From contig CALVBD010000005.1 of the NCBI GenBank assembly GCA_944325635.1, forward strand, positions 60,388-124,387: a DNA stretch of 64,000 nucleotides, written 5' to 3'. The notes under the pieces are model-generated. The model was not told where the DNA came from. It worked only from the letters and a program-made list of their open reading frames with translations, and made no database searches. Made by a program: the position numbers and the translations under genes. Below are positions 9,260 through 19,413 of this stretch, piece by piece (position 1 is the stretch's first letter; every line of letters starts with the position of its first letter). The stretch comes from Candidatus Gastranaerophilales bacterium. Its GTDB lineage: Bacteria > Cyanobacteriota > Vampirovibrionia > Gastranaerophilales > Gastranaerophilaceae.

Positions 9260-10099
9260 TTATAAATTTTCAAGAGCCGCAATCTTCATTGCGTTGAAAT
9301 TAGGCGTACGCCCGAACCAGATTTCCTGCGCGGCAATTGCCTGATATACCAGCATATCAAGACCGTTAATCGTTCTATAACCTAGTTTTTCCGCATTCTT
9401 TAAAAGAATTGTCTTTTTAGGGTTATAAATAACGTCGTACACTACAGCCCAATCAGGCAAGGTTTTCAAAACATTTTCTTCAACCGGCGTCATATCGGCA
9501 GAAACTCCCTGCATACCGATTGGCGTTGTATTCACTAAAATATCATATTTTGATAAATCCCGAACAGCATCAATCTGGTATGAAGTAAAGGTTATCTGCG
9601 GAAATTTTCTTCTCATATATGCCATATAATCCATGGCGTTTGGAATATTTCTTGTATAAACTCCGATTTCAGAAATTCCTAAATCAGACAAACCCAGAAC
9701 AGCCGCGCGGCTTGCTCCGCCTGTTCCTAGTATTGCAGCTTTTTTCCCTGCAAGATTTATGTCAGAAGGAATTGCCTTTTTAAATCCCGTTGCATCTGTA
9801 TTAAATGCACTGAAGGTTTTGTCTGAATTTATTTTTACAGTATTCACCGCTCCTGCAATATCCGCATACTTATCCACCTCCTGAACAAAAAGAGAAATCG
9901 GAAGTTTCAGAGGTATTGTGACATTAAATCCTGTGTAATTTTCACGTTTCAGAAATTTTACTCTATCCACAAGATCCTCCGGCGGAGTTTCCAGAATATC
10001 GTAAGTTGCATTAATCCCGAGACTTTCAAATCCTGCCTTATGAATGACCGCAGAAAGTGAATGTCCTAAAGGATACCCTATCAGTCCGAATTTATTCAT
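9260..10099 (-). CDS. aroE: Shikimate dehydrogenase
   Basis: MNKFGLIGYPLGHSLS N-terminus, GTGGASRAA NADP-binding motif, NTTPIGM motif. Start taken at the Met (10099) overlapping the topA stop; the ORF extends to 10132. Confidence 0.9.
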   Translation of the reverse strand: MNKFGLIGYPLGHSLSAVIHKAGFESLGINATYDILETPPEDLVDRVKFLKRENYTGFNVTIPLKLPISLFVQEVDKYADIAGAVNTVKINSDKTFSAFNTDATGFKKAIPSDINLAGKKAAILGTGGASRAAVLGLSDLGISEIGVYTRNIPNAMDYMAYMRRKFPQITFTSYQIDAVRDLSKYDILVNTTPIGMQGVSADMTPVEENVLKTLPDWAVVYDVIYNPKKTILLKNAEKLGYRTINGLDMLVYQAIAAQEIWFGRTPNFNAMKIAALENL

Positions 10100-12419
10100 C
10101 AGAATTTTCCTCCGGTTTTGGCTCTTCCACACGTTTATAACCGCATGAGCGGTTTGAACATTCTATTGTAGTTCCTTTTTTCAGAACTTTTTTCACCAAT
10201 AATGCGCCGCAGTCAGGGCATTCTTCACCTGTCGGTTCGTTCCAGAGTACAAAGTCGCAGTCAGGATACTTGTCGCAGCCAAAGAATACGGTTCCGCGCT
10301 TGGATTTTCTTTCAACTATTACACCTTTGCCGCATTTCGGGCATTTAACGCCTGTTGAGCGGCGGTAAGGTTTACGGAATTTGCAATCCTCATTAGTGCA
10401 TTCCATATACTTGCCGTAAGGACCTGTTTTAAATACCATATCAGAGCCGCATTTTTCACATTTTTCTTCGCATTTTTCAGCTTCGGAAGGTGTTTGAGAA
10501 GAAGCGCCTTCTGCCATTGCATTTAAAGACATTACGGTTTTGCATTCAGGATATCCTGAACACCCTAAGAACTGATTCCCCTGACGGCTTGTTCTGACAA
10601 GCATCGGTTTGCCGCAGTTCGGACACATAACATTTGTTTCAATTCGTACCCGCTCGCCGCTTTTCATCGCGTCATTTACAACCTCGATAAACGGTTCGTA
10701 GAAATCCTCGAGAACCTTATTCCATACAGCTTTTTTATCCGCAATCTGGTCTAATTTTGTTTCCATGCCGGCTGTAAATTTATAATCCATAACATCCGTA
10801 AACTGCGCCATAAGCTGTTTACAGACAGTTCTACCAAGAAGCGTCGGCGCCAGTGCTTTTTCCAGTTTCTCAACATAACCGCGCGTCTGAATTTTTGTAA
10901 TAATTGAGGCATAAGTTGACGGACGACCGATTCCGTACTCTTCCAGCGCCTTAACCAGAGTTGCTTCCGAGTATCTTGGCGGCGGCTGGGTGAAGTGCTG
11001 TTTCGGCGTAACCTTACGACAGGTCAGAATGTCATCTTTATGCAAATCAGGAATTTTTTCCTTTGGTGCATTATCTTCTTCATCATTCTCGTTATAAAGT
11101 TTCAGGAAACCGTCGAAAGTTACCTTGCTTGTGCTGGCTCTTAATGTATAGTCGCCTGCCGTTATTTCAACGGTTTTATTTGCAACGGTTGCATTTGTCA
11201 TCTGGGACGACATAAATTTATTCCAGATTAATTTATACAACCTGTACTGTTCATTAGAAAGATATTTTTTTATACTGTCAGGCGTCCGCTCAGGGTATGA
11301 TGGTCTGATGGCTTCGTGGGCGTCCTGAACATTTTGTTTGCCTTTGGCATAAATATTCGGCTTTTCAGGATAATATTTCTCGCCGTAATTTTTCAGGATA
11401 AAATCTTTTGCCATTGCCTGCGCGTCATCGGAAATTCTTGTACTGTCGGTTCTCATATAGGTAATCAAACCTACTGCACCGTTTTCAAGTTCAATACCTT
11501 CATATAATTTCTGCGCAATCTGCATTGTTTTTTGAACGCCGTAACCTAGTTTTGATGAGGCTTCTCTCTGAAGCGTAGAAGTAATAAAAGGAGCTGTCGG
11601 CTTACGTTTTGTTTCCCTGTTTGTAATCTTTTCAACCTTGTATTCCGTTGATTTATCCGAGAGAAATTCTACAATCTTCTGCGCTTCTTCTTCGTTTGGA
11701 ATTTCTATTTTTTTATCTTTGTATTTTGAAAGTTCTGCCTCGAAAACTCCGCCTTCTTTTTCCAATTCCGTATGAATAGACCAGTATTCAACAGGTACGA
11801 ATGCTTCAATTTCCTCTTCTCTTTCGCAAATCATTCTAAGGGCGACAGATTGAACACGTCCTGCAGAGAGGTGATAATTCCCGAGCTGTTTCCACAATAC
11901 AGGGCTTAATTTGTAGCCTACGAGTTTGTCAAGAATTTGTCTTGTCTGCTGGGCTTTTACCCTGTCCATATCAATTGCGCGCGGATGTTCAACCGCGTAT
12001 TTTACTGCCTTCGGCGTAATCTCGTTAAATTCAATTCTGAAAACCTTATCATCCGGCACATTCAGAACCTGTCTGACATGCCAGGCAATAGCCTCTCCCT
12101 CGCGGTCGGGGTCGGAAGCCAGAAATATTTTATCGCTTTTTTTTGATAATTCATTCAATTTGGTAACGACTTTTTTCTTCTCGGGGATAACAACAAAAGA
12201 TGGCTGGAAACCGTTATTAACATCAAACCCGAGAACATTCTGCGGCAAATCTCTGATGTGACCGAAACTCGCTTCTATCGTATAGCTGTCCCCTAAAATT
12301 TTTCTGATAGTTTTGGATTTTGCAGGAGACTCTACTATTACAAGAGCTTTCTCTTTTTTGGATTTAGTTTTTGACGCCTGCGCGCCCTCTGTTTTTTCTG
12401 CTGCTGCCGCTTTTGCCAT
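10092..12419 (-). CDS. topA: DNA topoisomerase I
   Basis: 775 aa; Toprim start LVIVESPAKSKTI, DPDREGEAIAWH, type IA core, and four C-terminal Cys4 zinc-ribbon repeats. Confidence 0.95.
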   Translation of the reverse strand: MAKAAAAEKTEGAQASKTKSKKEKALVIVESPAKSKTIRKILGDSYTIEASFGHIRDLPQNVLGFDVNNGFQPSFVVIPEKKKVVTKLNELSKKSDKIFLASDPDREGEAIAWHVRQVLNVPDDKVFRIEFNEITPKAVKYAVEHPRAIDMDRVKAQQTRQILDKLVGYKLSPVLWKQLGNYHLSAGRVQSVALRMICEREEEIEAFVPVEYWSIHTELEKEGGVFEAELSKYKDKKIEIPNEEEAQKIVEFLSDKSTEYKVEKITNRETKRKPTAPFITSTLQREASSKLGYGVQKTMQIAQKLYEGIELENGAVGLITYMRTDSTRISDDAQAMAKDFILKNYGEKYYPEKPNIYAKGKQNVQDAHEAIRPSYPERTPDSIKKYLSNEQYRLYKLIWNKFMSSQMTNATVANKTVEITAGDYTLRASTSKVTFDGFLKLYNENDEEDNAPKEKIPDLHKDDILTCRKVTPKQHFTQPPPRYSEATLVKALEEYGIGRPSTYASIITKIQTRGYVEKLEKALAPTLLGRTVCKQLMAQFTDVMDYKFTAGMETKLDQIADKKAVWNKVLEDFYEPFIEVVNDAMKSGERVRIETNVMCPNCGKPMLVRTSRQGNQFLGCSGYPECKTVMSLNAMAEGASSQTPSEAEKCEEKCEKCGSDMVFKTGPYGKYMECTNEDCKFRKPYRRSTGVKCPKCGKGVIVERKSKRGTVFFGCDKYPDCDFVLWNEPTGEECPDCGALLVKKVLKKGTTIECSNRSCGYKRVEEPKPEENSDE

Positions 12420-12425
12420 TTATAT

Positions 12426-13511
12426 TTATACCCTCTTATATCTGTCGCCGGTTACCTGTTTTATTATGCCTTTAAGCTCCATGGTTGTCAAGTTTGTCAA
12501 TAATTCCACGGTGTCAATCTTTGTTATTGCCGCGATTTCGTCAAATCCTTTTTCTTCAACTTCTATTGCGTTCAGAATTTTTAATTCAATATCTGTTAAT
12601 CCGCTCAAATCCATTGTCAATTGTTCTGCGGGTTTAATTTCCCAGTTCAGCGCATCAAGAATATCCTGAGCCTGTGTCACAAGAGTTGCACCATTTTTCA
12701 AAAGTTTATAAATTCCTTCCGTATTCGGATTTGAAATAAGCCCCGGAATACACATCAATTCTCTCCCCTGTTCAAGGCATAAGTTTGCGGTAATCAATGC
12801 ACCGCTTTTTAAGGAGGCTTCTGCAACAAGCGTTCCGTATGAAAGCCCCGAAACTATTCTGTTTCTCTGCGGGAACCTGAACTTTAACGGCTGGAATGTC
12901 GGGTAATATTCCGTGACAACAGCACCATTCTCTTTTTCTATCTTTTCATACAGTCTTTTGTTGGAACTTGGATAAATAAAATCAAAACCGCTTGCGATTA
13001 CGCCGATTGTTTTTAATCCGTTATCCATTGCCGCCTCATGTGCAGTCGTATCAATTCCCGCCGCAAGCCCCGATACTATACAAATATCAGTGCCGGTGAG
13101 TTCCGATAAGATTTTTCTGACCGCTTCTTTTGCGTGGTAAGTTGATTTCCTTGACCCAACAACAGCCACTGTTCTATCTAAATTACAATTAAATAAATCC
13201 CCCTTATAATATAAAACCGCAGGCGGGTCTGAAATCTGCTTCAACATTTTCGGATAATTATCATCTTCAAGTGTAAGATAATTTATGCCGCGGTTTTCAA
13301 CCCCAAAGAGCGCTTTATCCGGATCAATTTTGTCGCGCTCGCGCAAAAAAGTTTCGGCTCTTTTTACACTCAACCCGTCAACCTGCGATAATTCATTCAG
13401 TCCTGCATTAAAAGCCTCCTCTATATCACCAAAGTAATTATAGAGTCTATGAATGAAAGGACTGTCGATTTGTTCTATTGCGGAAAACGCTATCCAGAAT
13501 TTATTTTTCAT
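12426..13511 (-). CDS. dprA: DNA processing protein DprA (Smf)
   Basis: 361 aa; DprA Rossmann-like core (VAVVGSRKST, IVSGLAAGIDTTAHEAAM, FPQRNRIVSGLS) and C-terminal winged-helix-like tail. Confidence 0.9.
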   Translation of the reverse strand: MKNKFWIAFSAIEQIDSPFIHRLYNYFGDIEEAFNAGLNELSQVDGLSVKRAETFLRERDKIDPDKALFGVENRGINYLTLEDDNYPKMLKQISDPPAVLYYKGDLFNCNLDRTVAVVGSRKSTYHAKEAVRKILSELTGTDICIVSGLAAGIDTTAHEAAMDNGLKTIGVIASGFDFIYPSSNKRLYEKIEKENGAVVTEYYPTFQPLKFRFPQRNRIVSGLSYGTLVAEASLKSGALITANLCLEQGRELMCIPGLISNPNTEGIYKLLKNGATLVTQAQDILDALNWEIKPAEQLTMDLSGLTDIELKILNAIEVEEKGFDEIAAITKIDTVELLTNLTTMELKGIIKQVTGDRYKRV

Positions 13512-14280
13512 TTGCTGTTTTCTTTTTAATTCTCTCTACCAATTTTGAAATGTTTTCTTTTTCCTCTGCAGGGATTTCCATATTCATATAATCTTCAAAA
13601 TATTCAATCGCATCCTCATAATCCCCTCTTGCGAGAAAAAGAATTGCGGCTTTTTTATAAGCCTGATAAAATCCGTCATCCCTTGCTATCGCTTTCAGAT
13701 AGTTTGACAATGCTTTATCAATTTCGTCGTTTGCCTCATACGCCTGCCCGAGGTAATAATATATCCAGACATTATTTTCTTTGAATTCAAGTACATTTTC
13801 AAAATTTTCAATGGCAGAATCGTAGTTTCCGAGTTCAAAATGGACTTTGCCGAGGTCATAGTATGCATCATAGTTTTCCGGCTGAACTTCAAGAACTTTT
13901 TCCAACTCATCCACCGCCAAATCAAGACGCGCATCTTCCATATAAAAACGCGCAAGATAATGCCTCAGAACCATATTATCAGGAAGTTCGTAAATTCCCT
14001 GACACAAAAGTTCGATACCGTTGCCGTAATCTTTTGTCTTAAAATAAATGTCAGCAAGATTTATATATGCCTGAGGAAGTTTAGGATTAAGTTCAATTGC
14101 TTTTAAGAAATTATCCTCTGCTTTTTCATTGTTGCCGATACTAGCATAACACTGTGCAACGTTATTATAAACTTCCGCCGTCGGCTTTTCGGTTTCCAAC
14201 ACGGAACTAAATATATCTATTGCTTTTTCGTATTCGCCTTTATTATAAAATTCTACTGCTGTTTTAATTTTGTCGCTCAT
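13501..14280 (-). CDS. Tetratricopeptide repeat protein
   Basis: 259 aa made of repeated 34-residue A/Y/N-patterned units (YNNVAQCYASIGNNEKAEDNFLKAIELNP and similar). Confidence 0.8.
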   Translation of the reverse strand: MSDKIKTAVEFYNKGEYEKAIDIFSSVLETEKPTAEVYNNVAQCYASIGNNEKAEDNFLKAIELNPKLPQAYINLADIYFKTKDYGNGIELLCQGIYELPDNMVLRHYLARFYMEDARLDLAVDELEKVLEVQPENYDAYYDLGKVHFELGNYDSAIENFENVLEFKENNVWIYYYLGQAYEANDEIDKALSNYLKAIARDDGFYQAYKKAAILFLARGDYEDAIEYFEDYMNMEIPAEEKENISKLVERIKKKTANEK

Positions 14281-14282
14281 AT

Positions 14283-15269
14283 TTATAATCCTAATCCTAC
14301 ACCGTCACCTTGATCTTCGGAACCATTGCCGATATTTCTGATTACTGTCCTTGTGTTTCCTTCTGCTTTAAAATCTTTCGGATTCAGCATCATCTTCATC
14401 TTATCCGCGTAAATCGTTCTGACTCCCTGTGTAATACTTGATCGTCCGACAAAATAAATATCATTCGGTTTATTTGTTGTTTTGTCAGGATAAACATTAA
14501 TTTTCGGGCCGACTGCATAGTAATCTTTATACCAGACTCTTACATTTCCGCTTGCACTGAATGTATTTTTATCCTGAACGTATTCCTGAATGTTTGATTT
14601 TAAGACAAGTTTTGTACCGTCCTCCATCAAAACGTTGGAAGTTGTATTACCCGTAGCTGTCAGGATTTTGGTTGCTTCATTATAGTAAAATTTGTCGGCA
14701 AAAGATTCATTGGTTTCACGTTTTACTCTGCCGTTTCCGATTAATTCAAGGTCTTTCAAATCCCCGTTTTTATCAGTTTTTATAATAGCTTTATCAGAGA
14801 AAGTTTCAATTTCTTTGTATTTAATTGTCACCATGCCAGTTGCTGTCATAACACCTGTTTTAGTGTTGTATTCCTGAACATCGGAATTAATAACTACAAT
14901 AGGAGTTTTGCCGTCAAAAACTACAGATTGTGTATCCCCTTCGGCTCTAACGATTTTTGTAATCAATGAAACTTTTAAGATATTTGCTTTAACTTCTCTT
15001 TTTTTATTCTTTTTAATTTCATAAGCATAAGGTTTGTCATAAAAAGTTGCAGTATCAAGCTGCTGGTTTTCGTCCATATTAACATCAGCAGATTCACCGA
15101 CAACCTTAAGATCATCTATTGAAACCTTAACATCACCGTCGAATTTTATTTTATTTTCATTCTCGGCGTAACTCTGTGTTTTAGATTCAATAACGAGATC
15201 GGAAGCCTGAACTACCAGCCCCGCAGCTGCTATTAACAATGTTAAAGCAATTAATATCTTCTTTTTCAT
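14283..15269 (-). CDS. LptA/OstA-like periplasmic protein
   Basis: 328 aa, signal peptide MKKKILIALTLLIAAAGLVVQA, repeated beta-rich OstA_N-like segments (DGDVKV..., GNVRV...); immediately downstream of the LptC-like gene. Assignment by layout and context only. Confidence 0.55.
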   Translation of the reverse strand: MKKKILIALTLLIAAAGLVVQASDLVIESKTQSYAENENKIKFDGDVKVSIDDLKVVGESADVNMDENQQLDTATFYDKPYAYEIKKNKKREVKANILKVSLITKIVRAEGDTQSVVFDGKTPIVVINSDVQEYNTKTGVMTATGMVTIKYKEIETFSDKAIIKTDKNGDLKDLELIGNGRVKRETNESFADKFYYNEATKILTATGNTTSNVLMEDGTKLVLKSNIQEYVQDKNTFSASGNVRVWYKDYYAVGPKINVYPDKTTNKPNDIYFVGRSSITQGVRTIYADKMKMMLNPKDFKAEGNTRTVIRNIGNGSEDQGDGVGLGL

Positions 15270-15946
15270 GATTTCTCCTTGGTATCGTACAATTTTGAAA
15301 CCGCATTGCCTATGATTTTAAAATCATCATATCCGGGACTGATTTCAACCTCATCTGCAGTTGCATATAATTCTTTTCCCCGTGTAATTTTAACGTTGCC
15401 TTTTGCTATAACCGGCTCGTCACTTCCGGACCAGGTAAGCCTGTCAGCTTCAAGAACAGTACCGTCTTTAATTACAATTGTCGTATCATCATACATTATA
15501 ATCTGTTTTTTCTTTTCGTTATATGTTCCTTTAGAAGATTCAAAACTCATAGAAACTTCGTTATTATTGTCATAGAAATTTCCTATACAATTGTCCAGTA
15601 AAGCCACGCCGTTAGTGCTGTCATAGGTGCCGGTATCCCCGTAAATTTCCCAGTATTTTTTCTCATCCTTTGTTTCCGTCAAAATTATACCGTTAATCAA
15701 AGCTTCCTGCTTATCTTTTTGACCGGAAAGCTGGCTTCTGTTAAAGTTATGGGTGATAATTCCAGCAGAAACAAAAGCCCACACCAAAAGCCCTAAAATG
15801 GCGGCAAATGCAAGTAAATAAGCCTTCTTCTTTCTACTTAAATTTTTCCAGTTCATATCTAAAATGGTAGCACGAAAAATATCAAAAGGCATACCCCTTT
15901 TTTGATTAAACTTTAACGTTCTTAATATAAACCGCAGATATAGCAT
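15266..15946 (-). CDS. LptC-like membrane-anchored periplasmic protein
   Basis: Single N-terminal TM (AYLLAFAAILGLLVWAFV) followed by an LptC-like beta-jellyroll-type sequence (GNVKITRGKELYATADEVEI). True start may be the Met at 15892 or 15856. Confidence 0.5.
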   Translation of the reverse strand: MLYLRFILRTLKFNQKRGMPFDIFRATILDMNWKNLSRKKKAYLLAFAAILGLLVWAFVSAGIITHNFNRSQLSGQKDKQEALINGIILTETKDEKKYWEIYGDTGTYDSTNGVALLDNCIGNFYDNNNEVSMSFESSKGTYNEKKKQIIMYDDTTIVIKDGTVLEADRLTWSGSDEPVIAKGNVKITRGKELYATADEVEISPGYDDFKIIGNAVSKLYDTKEKS

Positions 15947-16006
15947 GTTTGAGATATAATTTTTACAAAGGAGAAAGTCTTAGTTTTTTTAAGGAAAGAG
16001 GTATTT

Positions 16007-16900
16007 ATGGCTATCAGATTTGACGCCGGGGAAGTTATAACCGCAATGGTTACGCCGTTTGATAAAAATAGAGAAATTGATTACAACAAAGTTGAAGAAT
16101 TAACAAAATATCTTATTAATAACGGGAGTGATACAGTTCTTGTTGCCGGAACAACAGGAGAGGGCCCGACCCTTACGCACGAAGAAGAAATTGAAGTTCT
16201 AAGCACTGTAAAACGCGCAAACGCTAATAAAGCAAAAGTTATTATGAATGCAGGTTCAAATTGCACAATGACTGCCATCAGAACAGCTAAACTTGCGGAA
16301 AAAGAAGACGTCGATGCAATTTTATCTGTTGTCCCTTACTATAATAAACCGTCGCAAAAGGGCATGATTGAACACTTTTCTGCTATTGCAAAAAGTACAA
16401 ACCTGCCTGTAATCATTTATAATATACCGTCAAGAACCGGCGTTAACATGCAGCCGCAGACTGTGGCACAGCTTGCAAAAGAATTTGATAATATCGTCGG
16501 AATTAAACAAAGCTGCGGTGATATGGATGCTATTACAGAAATGAAGCTTCTCTGTCCTGAAGATTTTTCAATCTATTCAGGCGACGACAGTTTAACCCTC
16601 CCGATGCTTTCTCTCGGCGCAAGAGGGGTTATCTCGGTGGCATCTCATATTTTCGGATCCGAACTTAAATCAATGATTAGAAATTATAAAACAGGAGAGT
16701 TTTTAGCGGCTCTTAATATGCACAAAAAACTTTATCCTGCGTTCAAGAAACTCTTTATGGCGCCGAACCCGGTCCCTGTTAAGGCAGCACTTGCTCATAA
16801 AGGTATTATTGAAGATGTTGTCAGACGTCCGCTCGTCGAACTTTCTGACGATGAAAAAACAGAACTCTTTAAAGTTCTGGACAGTGTCAAAAATGATTAG
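16007..16900 (+). CDS. dapA: 4-hydroxy-tetrahydrodipicolinate synthase
   Basis: 297 aa; GTTGEGPTLTHEEE, YYNKPSQKG, and catalytic-Lys context IVGIKQS. Confidence 0.95.
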   Translation: MAIRFDAGEVITAMVTPFDKNREIDYNKVEELTKYLINNGSDTVLVAGTTGEGPTLTHEEEIEVLSTVKRANANKAKVIMNAGSNCTMTAIRTAKLAEKEDVDAILSVVPYYNKPSQKGMIEHFSAIAKSTNLPVIIYNIPSRTGVNMQPQTVAQLAKEFDNIVGIKQSCGDMDAITEMKLLCPEDFSIYSGDDSLTLPMLSLGARGVISVASHIFGSELKSMIRNYKTGEFLAALNMHKKLYPAFKKLFMAPNPVPVKAALAHKGIIEDVVRRPLVELSDDEKTELFKVLDSVKND

Positions 16901-17012
16901 CCCGCTCAGGCTATCAAATTGAGTTTTATTTTTTAATAAAATTAAAACTGCAACGCGGAATTTATCCGCACGAAATAAGTTAAAAAAGTACAGATATAAG
17001 AGGATAAAAAAA

Positions 17013-18320
17013 GTGAAAAACAAAATTATCATGTTTTGGGCAATTGTACTTATTGTAATAGCTTCAATAGTTACAATTTTCGTCAAACCAACCAAGCTCG
17101 GACTTGACCTTGTCGGGGGCTCCCGCCTTGTTCTTGAAGCCGAAACAACAAAAAGTGTTCCTGTAATTACGCAGGAAGTTATGGACAGATTACAATTTGC
17201 AATCGAAAACCGCGTTAATAAACTCGGGGTTGCAGAAACTGTTGTCCAGCAGACAGGGGAAAAAAGATTACTCGTTGAAATCCCTAACGTTACAGATTTG
17301 AAAGAAGCAAAAGCTTTCTTAGGCGAAACCGCTCAATTGGAATTCAAAAAAGAAGCTATCGGTAAAGACGGCGTTCAAACCTGGGTTGAAACAGGCTTAA
17401 CCGGTCAGGATTTAGCAAAATCTACTCTTACAACTGATGCTGCCGGCCACTGGGTTGTCTCTCTTGAATTTAAATCAGAAGGTTCTAAAAAATTCGCGGA
17501 ACTCACAAAAGAATTAGTAAATAAACCTATGGCTATATTCTTCAACGGGGATTTGGTATCCGCTCCTAACGTAAATGAACCTATTTATGGCGGAAAAGCG
17601 CAGATTTCAGGCGGTGACAGCGGATTTGCCTATGAAGAGGCTGAAAGAATGGTTAACCTTCTGAATGCAGGTGCACTTCCTGTTCCTGCAAAAATCGTTG
17701 AAGAAAATACCGTAGGACCTACACTCGGTGCAGATAGTATTGCAAAATCAAAAGTCGCAGGGGTTATCGGCTTAGGCTTAGTAATGCTCTTTATGATTGC
17801 ATATTATAGACTCCCCGGTTTAATTGCTGACGTTGCATTAATCATCTATAGTTTAATGCTCTTTGCTTTATTTAAAGCAATACCTGTTACCTTGACTCTT
17901 GCAGGTATCGCAGGTTTTATACTAAGTATCGGTATGGCGGTTGATGCTAACATTCTTATCTTTGAAAGAACCAAAGAAGAATTAAGAGCCGGCAGAAATT
18001 TATTCACAGCTATCAATTCAGGCTTTGACAGAGCCTTCACTAGTATTTTCGATTCAAATATGACAACGATTATCACCTGTGTAATCCTTTATATGCTCGG
18101 TACAAGTATTGTTAAAGGATTTGCGCTCACTCTTGCTTTAGGTGTAATTGTTTCCATGTTCAGTGCAATCACAATCACGAAAAACTTCATGCATTTAATC
18201 TTCGGTACAGGGGAACTCAAATACCCTGCACTCTTCGGTCTGCGTAAAGACGAAATAGGAAAAGGCTTTGAAGCAACCGAAACTAAGCGCGAAAATGCAC
18301 GTTTCGGTATTTTGGATTAG
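17013..18320 (+). CDS. secD: Protein translocase subunit SecD
   Basis: 435 aa; GTG start after SD aagagg; LGLDLVGGS motif, large periplasmic domain, six-TM C-terminal SecD/F domain. Confidence 0.95.
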   Translation: MKNKIIMFWAIVLIVIASIVTIFVKPTKLGLDLVGGSRLVLEAETTKSVPVITQEVMDRLQFAIENRVNKLGVAETVVQQTGEKRLLVEIPNVTDLKEAKAFLGETAQLEFKKEAIGKDGVQTWVETGLTGQDLAKSTLTTDAAGHWVVSLEFKSEGSKKFAELTKELVNKPMAIFFNGDLVSAPNVNEPIYGGKAQISGGDSGFAYEEAERMVNLLNAGALPVPAKIVEENTVGPTLGADSIAKSKVAGVIGLGLVMLFMIAYYRLPGLIADVALIIYSLMLFALFKAIPVTLTLAGIAGFILSIGMAVDANILIFERTKEELRAGRNLFTAINSGFDRAFTSIFDSNMTTIITCVILYMLGTSIVKGFALTLALGVIVSMFSAITITKNFMHLIFGTGELKYPALFGLRKDEIGKGFEATETKRENARFGILD

Positions 18321-18352
18321 GCACTAATTTAATTAAAAGAGGTAAACAAAAA

Positions 18353-19339
18353 ATGAATGAGATAACATCAAGACACTTAATAAATATAGTAAAATACAGA
18401 ATAGTGTGGCTCTGTATTTCCGCAATATTGTTATTGCCGGGAGTTATTGCGCTAGTTTATTCAACTATCCATAACGAAAACCATATTCCGCTCAAAGTCG
18501 GCATTGACTATACCGGCGGGACTATTCTCCAGTACGGAGTTAACAAAAACGTCACTAACGCAGATATGAGCAAAACCCGTACGGATTTGGAAAAAATAGG
18601 GATTGAAAATCCTTCAATCCAAATTCTTCACGCAAATGCAGAATCTTCAAAAAATTCTGATTTGAAAAGTATTATTTCAATAAAAACTAAATTCATCGGA
18701 GAAGATAAAGATACAGTAAACAAAATCACTGAAACTTTATCAAAGGATTACACAAATCCTGATTTGATTTCAGTAAGTTCTGTGGGACCGACTTTAGGAA
18801 GAGAATTGTTTAAAAATTCACTCCTTGCATTAAGTTTAGCATTTTTAGGAATTATTGCGTATCTTTCTTTCAGATTTAAATTTGATTATGCGCTTGCCGC
18901 AATTCTCGGTATTGCACACGACGTACTTTTTGTAGTTGGTATATTTTCTCTTCTCGGGCTTTTATACAACGTTCAAATCGACGGATTATTTATCACTGCA
19001 ATCTTGACGGTTGTCGGGTTCTCCGTCCACGATACAATCGTTGTATTCGATAGAATTAGAGAAAACCTGCGTTATTACTCAAAGAAAATGTCTTTCGGCG
19101 AAATTGTCAATGCGTCAGTTAACCAGACTTTAGCAAGAAGTATCAACACATCACTCACAACAATAATCACACTTGCAGCATTGTATTTCTTCGGCGGTGT
19201 AACGACAAAAGACTTTGTACTTGCTATGTTAATCGGTATTGCAATCGGAACATATTCAAGTATATTCTTCTGCTCGGTACTCGTAGATATCTGGGAAGAC
19301 CACAAAAACAACAAAAAATCTGCAGCAACTGCGGCATAA
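18353..19339 (+). CDS. secF: Protein translocase subunit SecF
   Basis: 328 aa; GIDYTGGT motif and SecD/F transmembrane domain (HDTIVVFDRIREN). Confidence 0.95.
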   Translation: MNEITSRHLINIVKYRIVWLCISAILLLPGVIALVYSTIHNENHIPLKVGIDYTGGTILQYGVNKNVTNADMSKTRTDLEKIGIENPSIQILHANAESSKNSDLKSIISIKTKFIGEDKDTVNKITETLSKDYTNPDLISVSSVGPTLGRELFKNSLLALSLAFLGIIAYLSFRFKFDYALAAILGIAHDVLFVVGIFSLLGLLYNVQIDGLFITAILTVVGFSVHDTIVVFDRIRENLRYYSKKMSFGEIVNASVNQTLARSINTSLTTIITLAALYFFGGVTTKDFVLAMLIGIAIGTYSSIFFCSVLVDIWEDHKNNKKSAATAA

Positions 19340-19365
19340 AATAAATACAAAATAAAAAGCGGTCT

Positions 19366-19397
19366 TTTTAATAGAGACCGCTTTTTTGTGGAAAATA
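19366..19397 (+). terminator. Rho-independent terminator after secF
   Basis: Stem gcggtct/agaccgc followed by a T-run (cttttttg). Confidence 0.8.
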
Positions 19398-19413
19398 TAT
19401 TGGATTAAAAATT

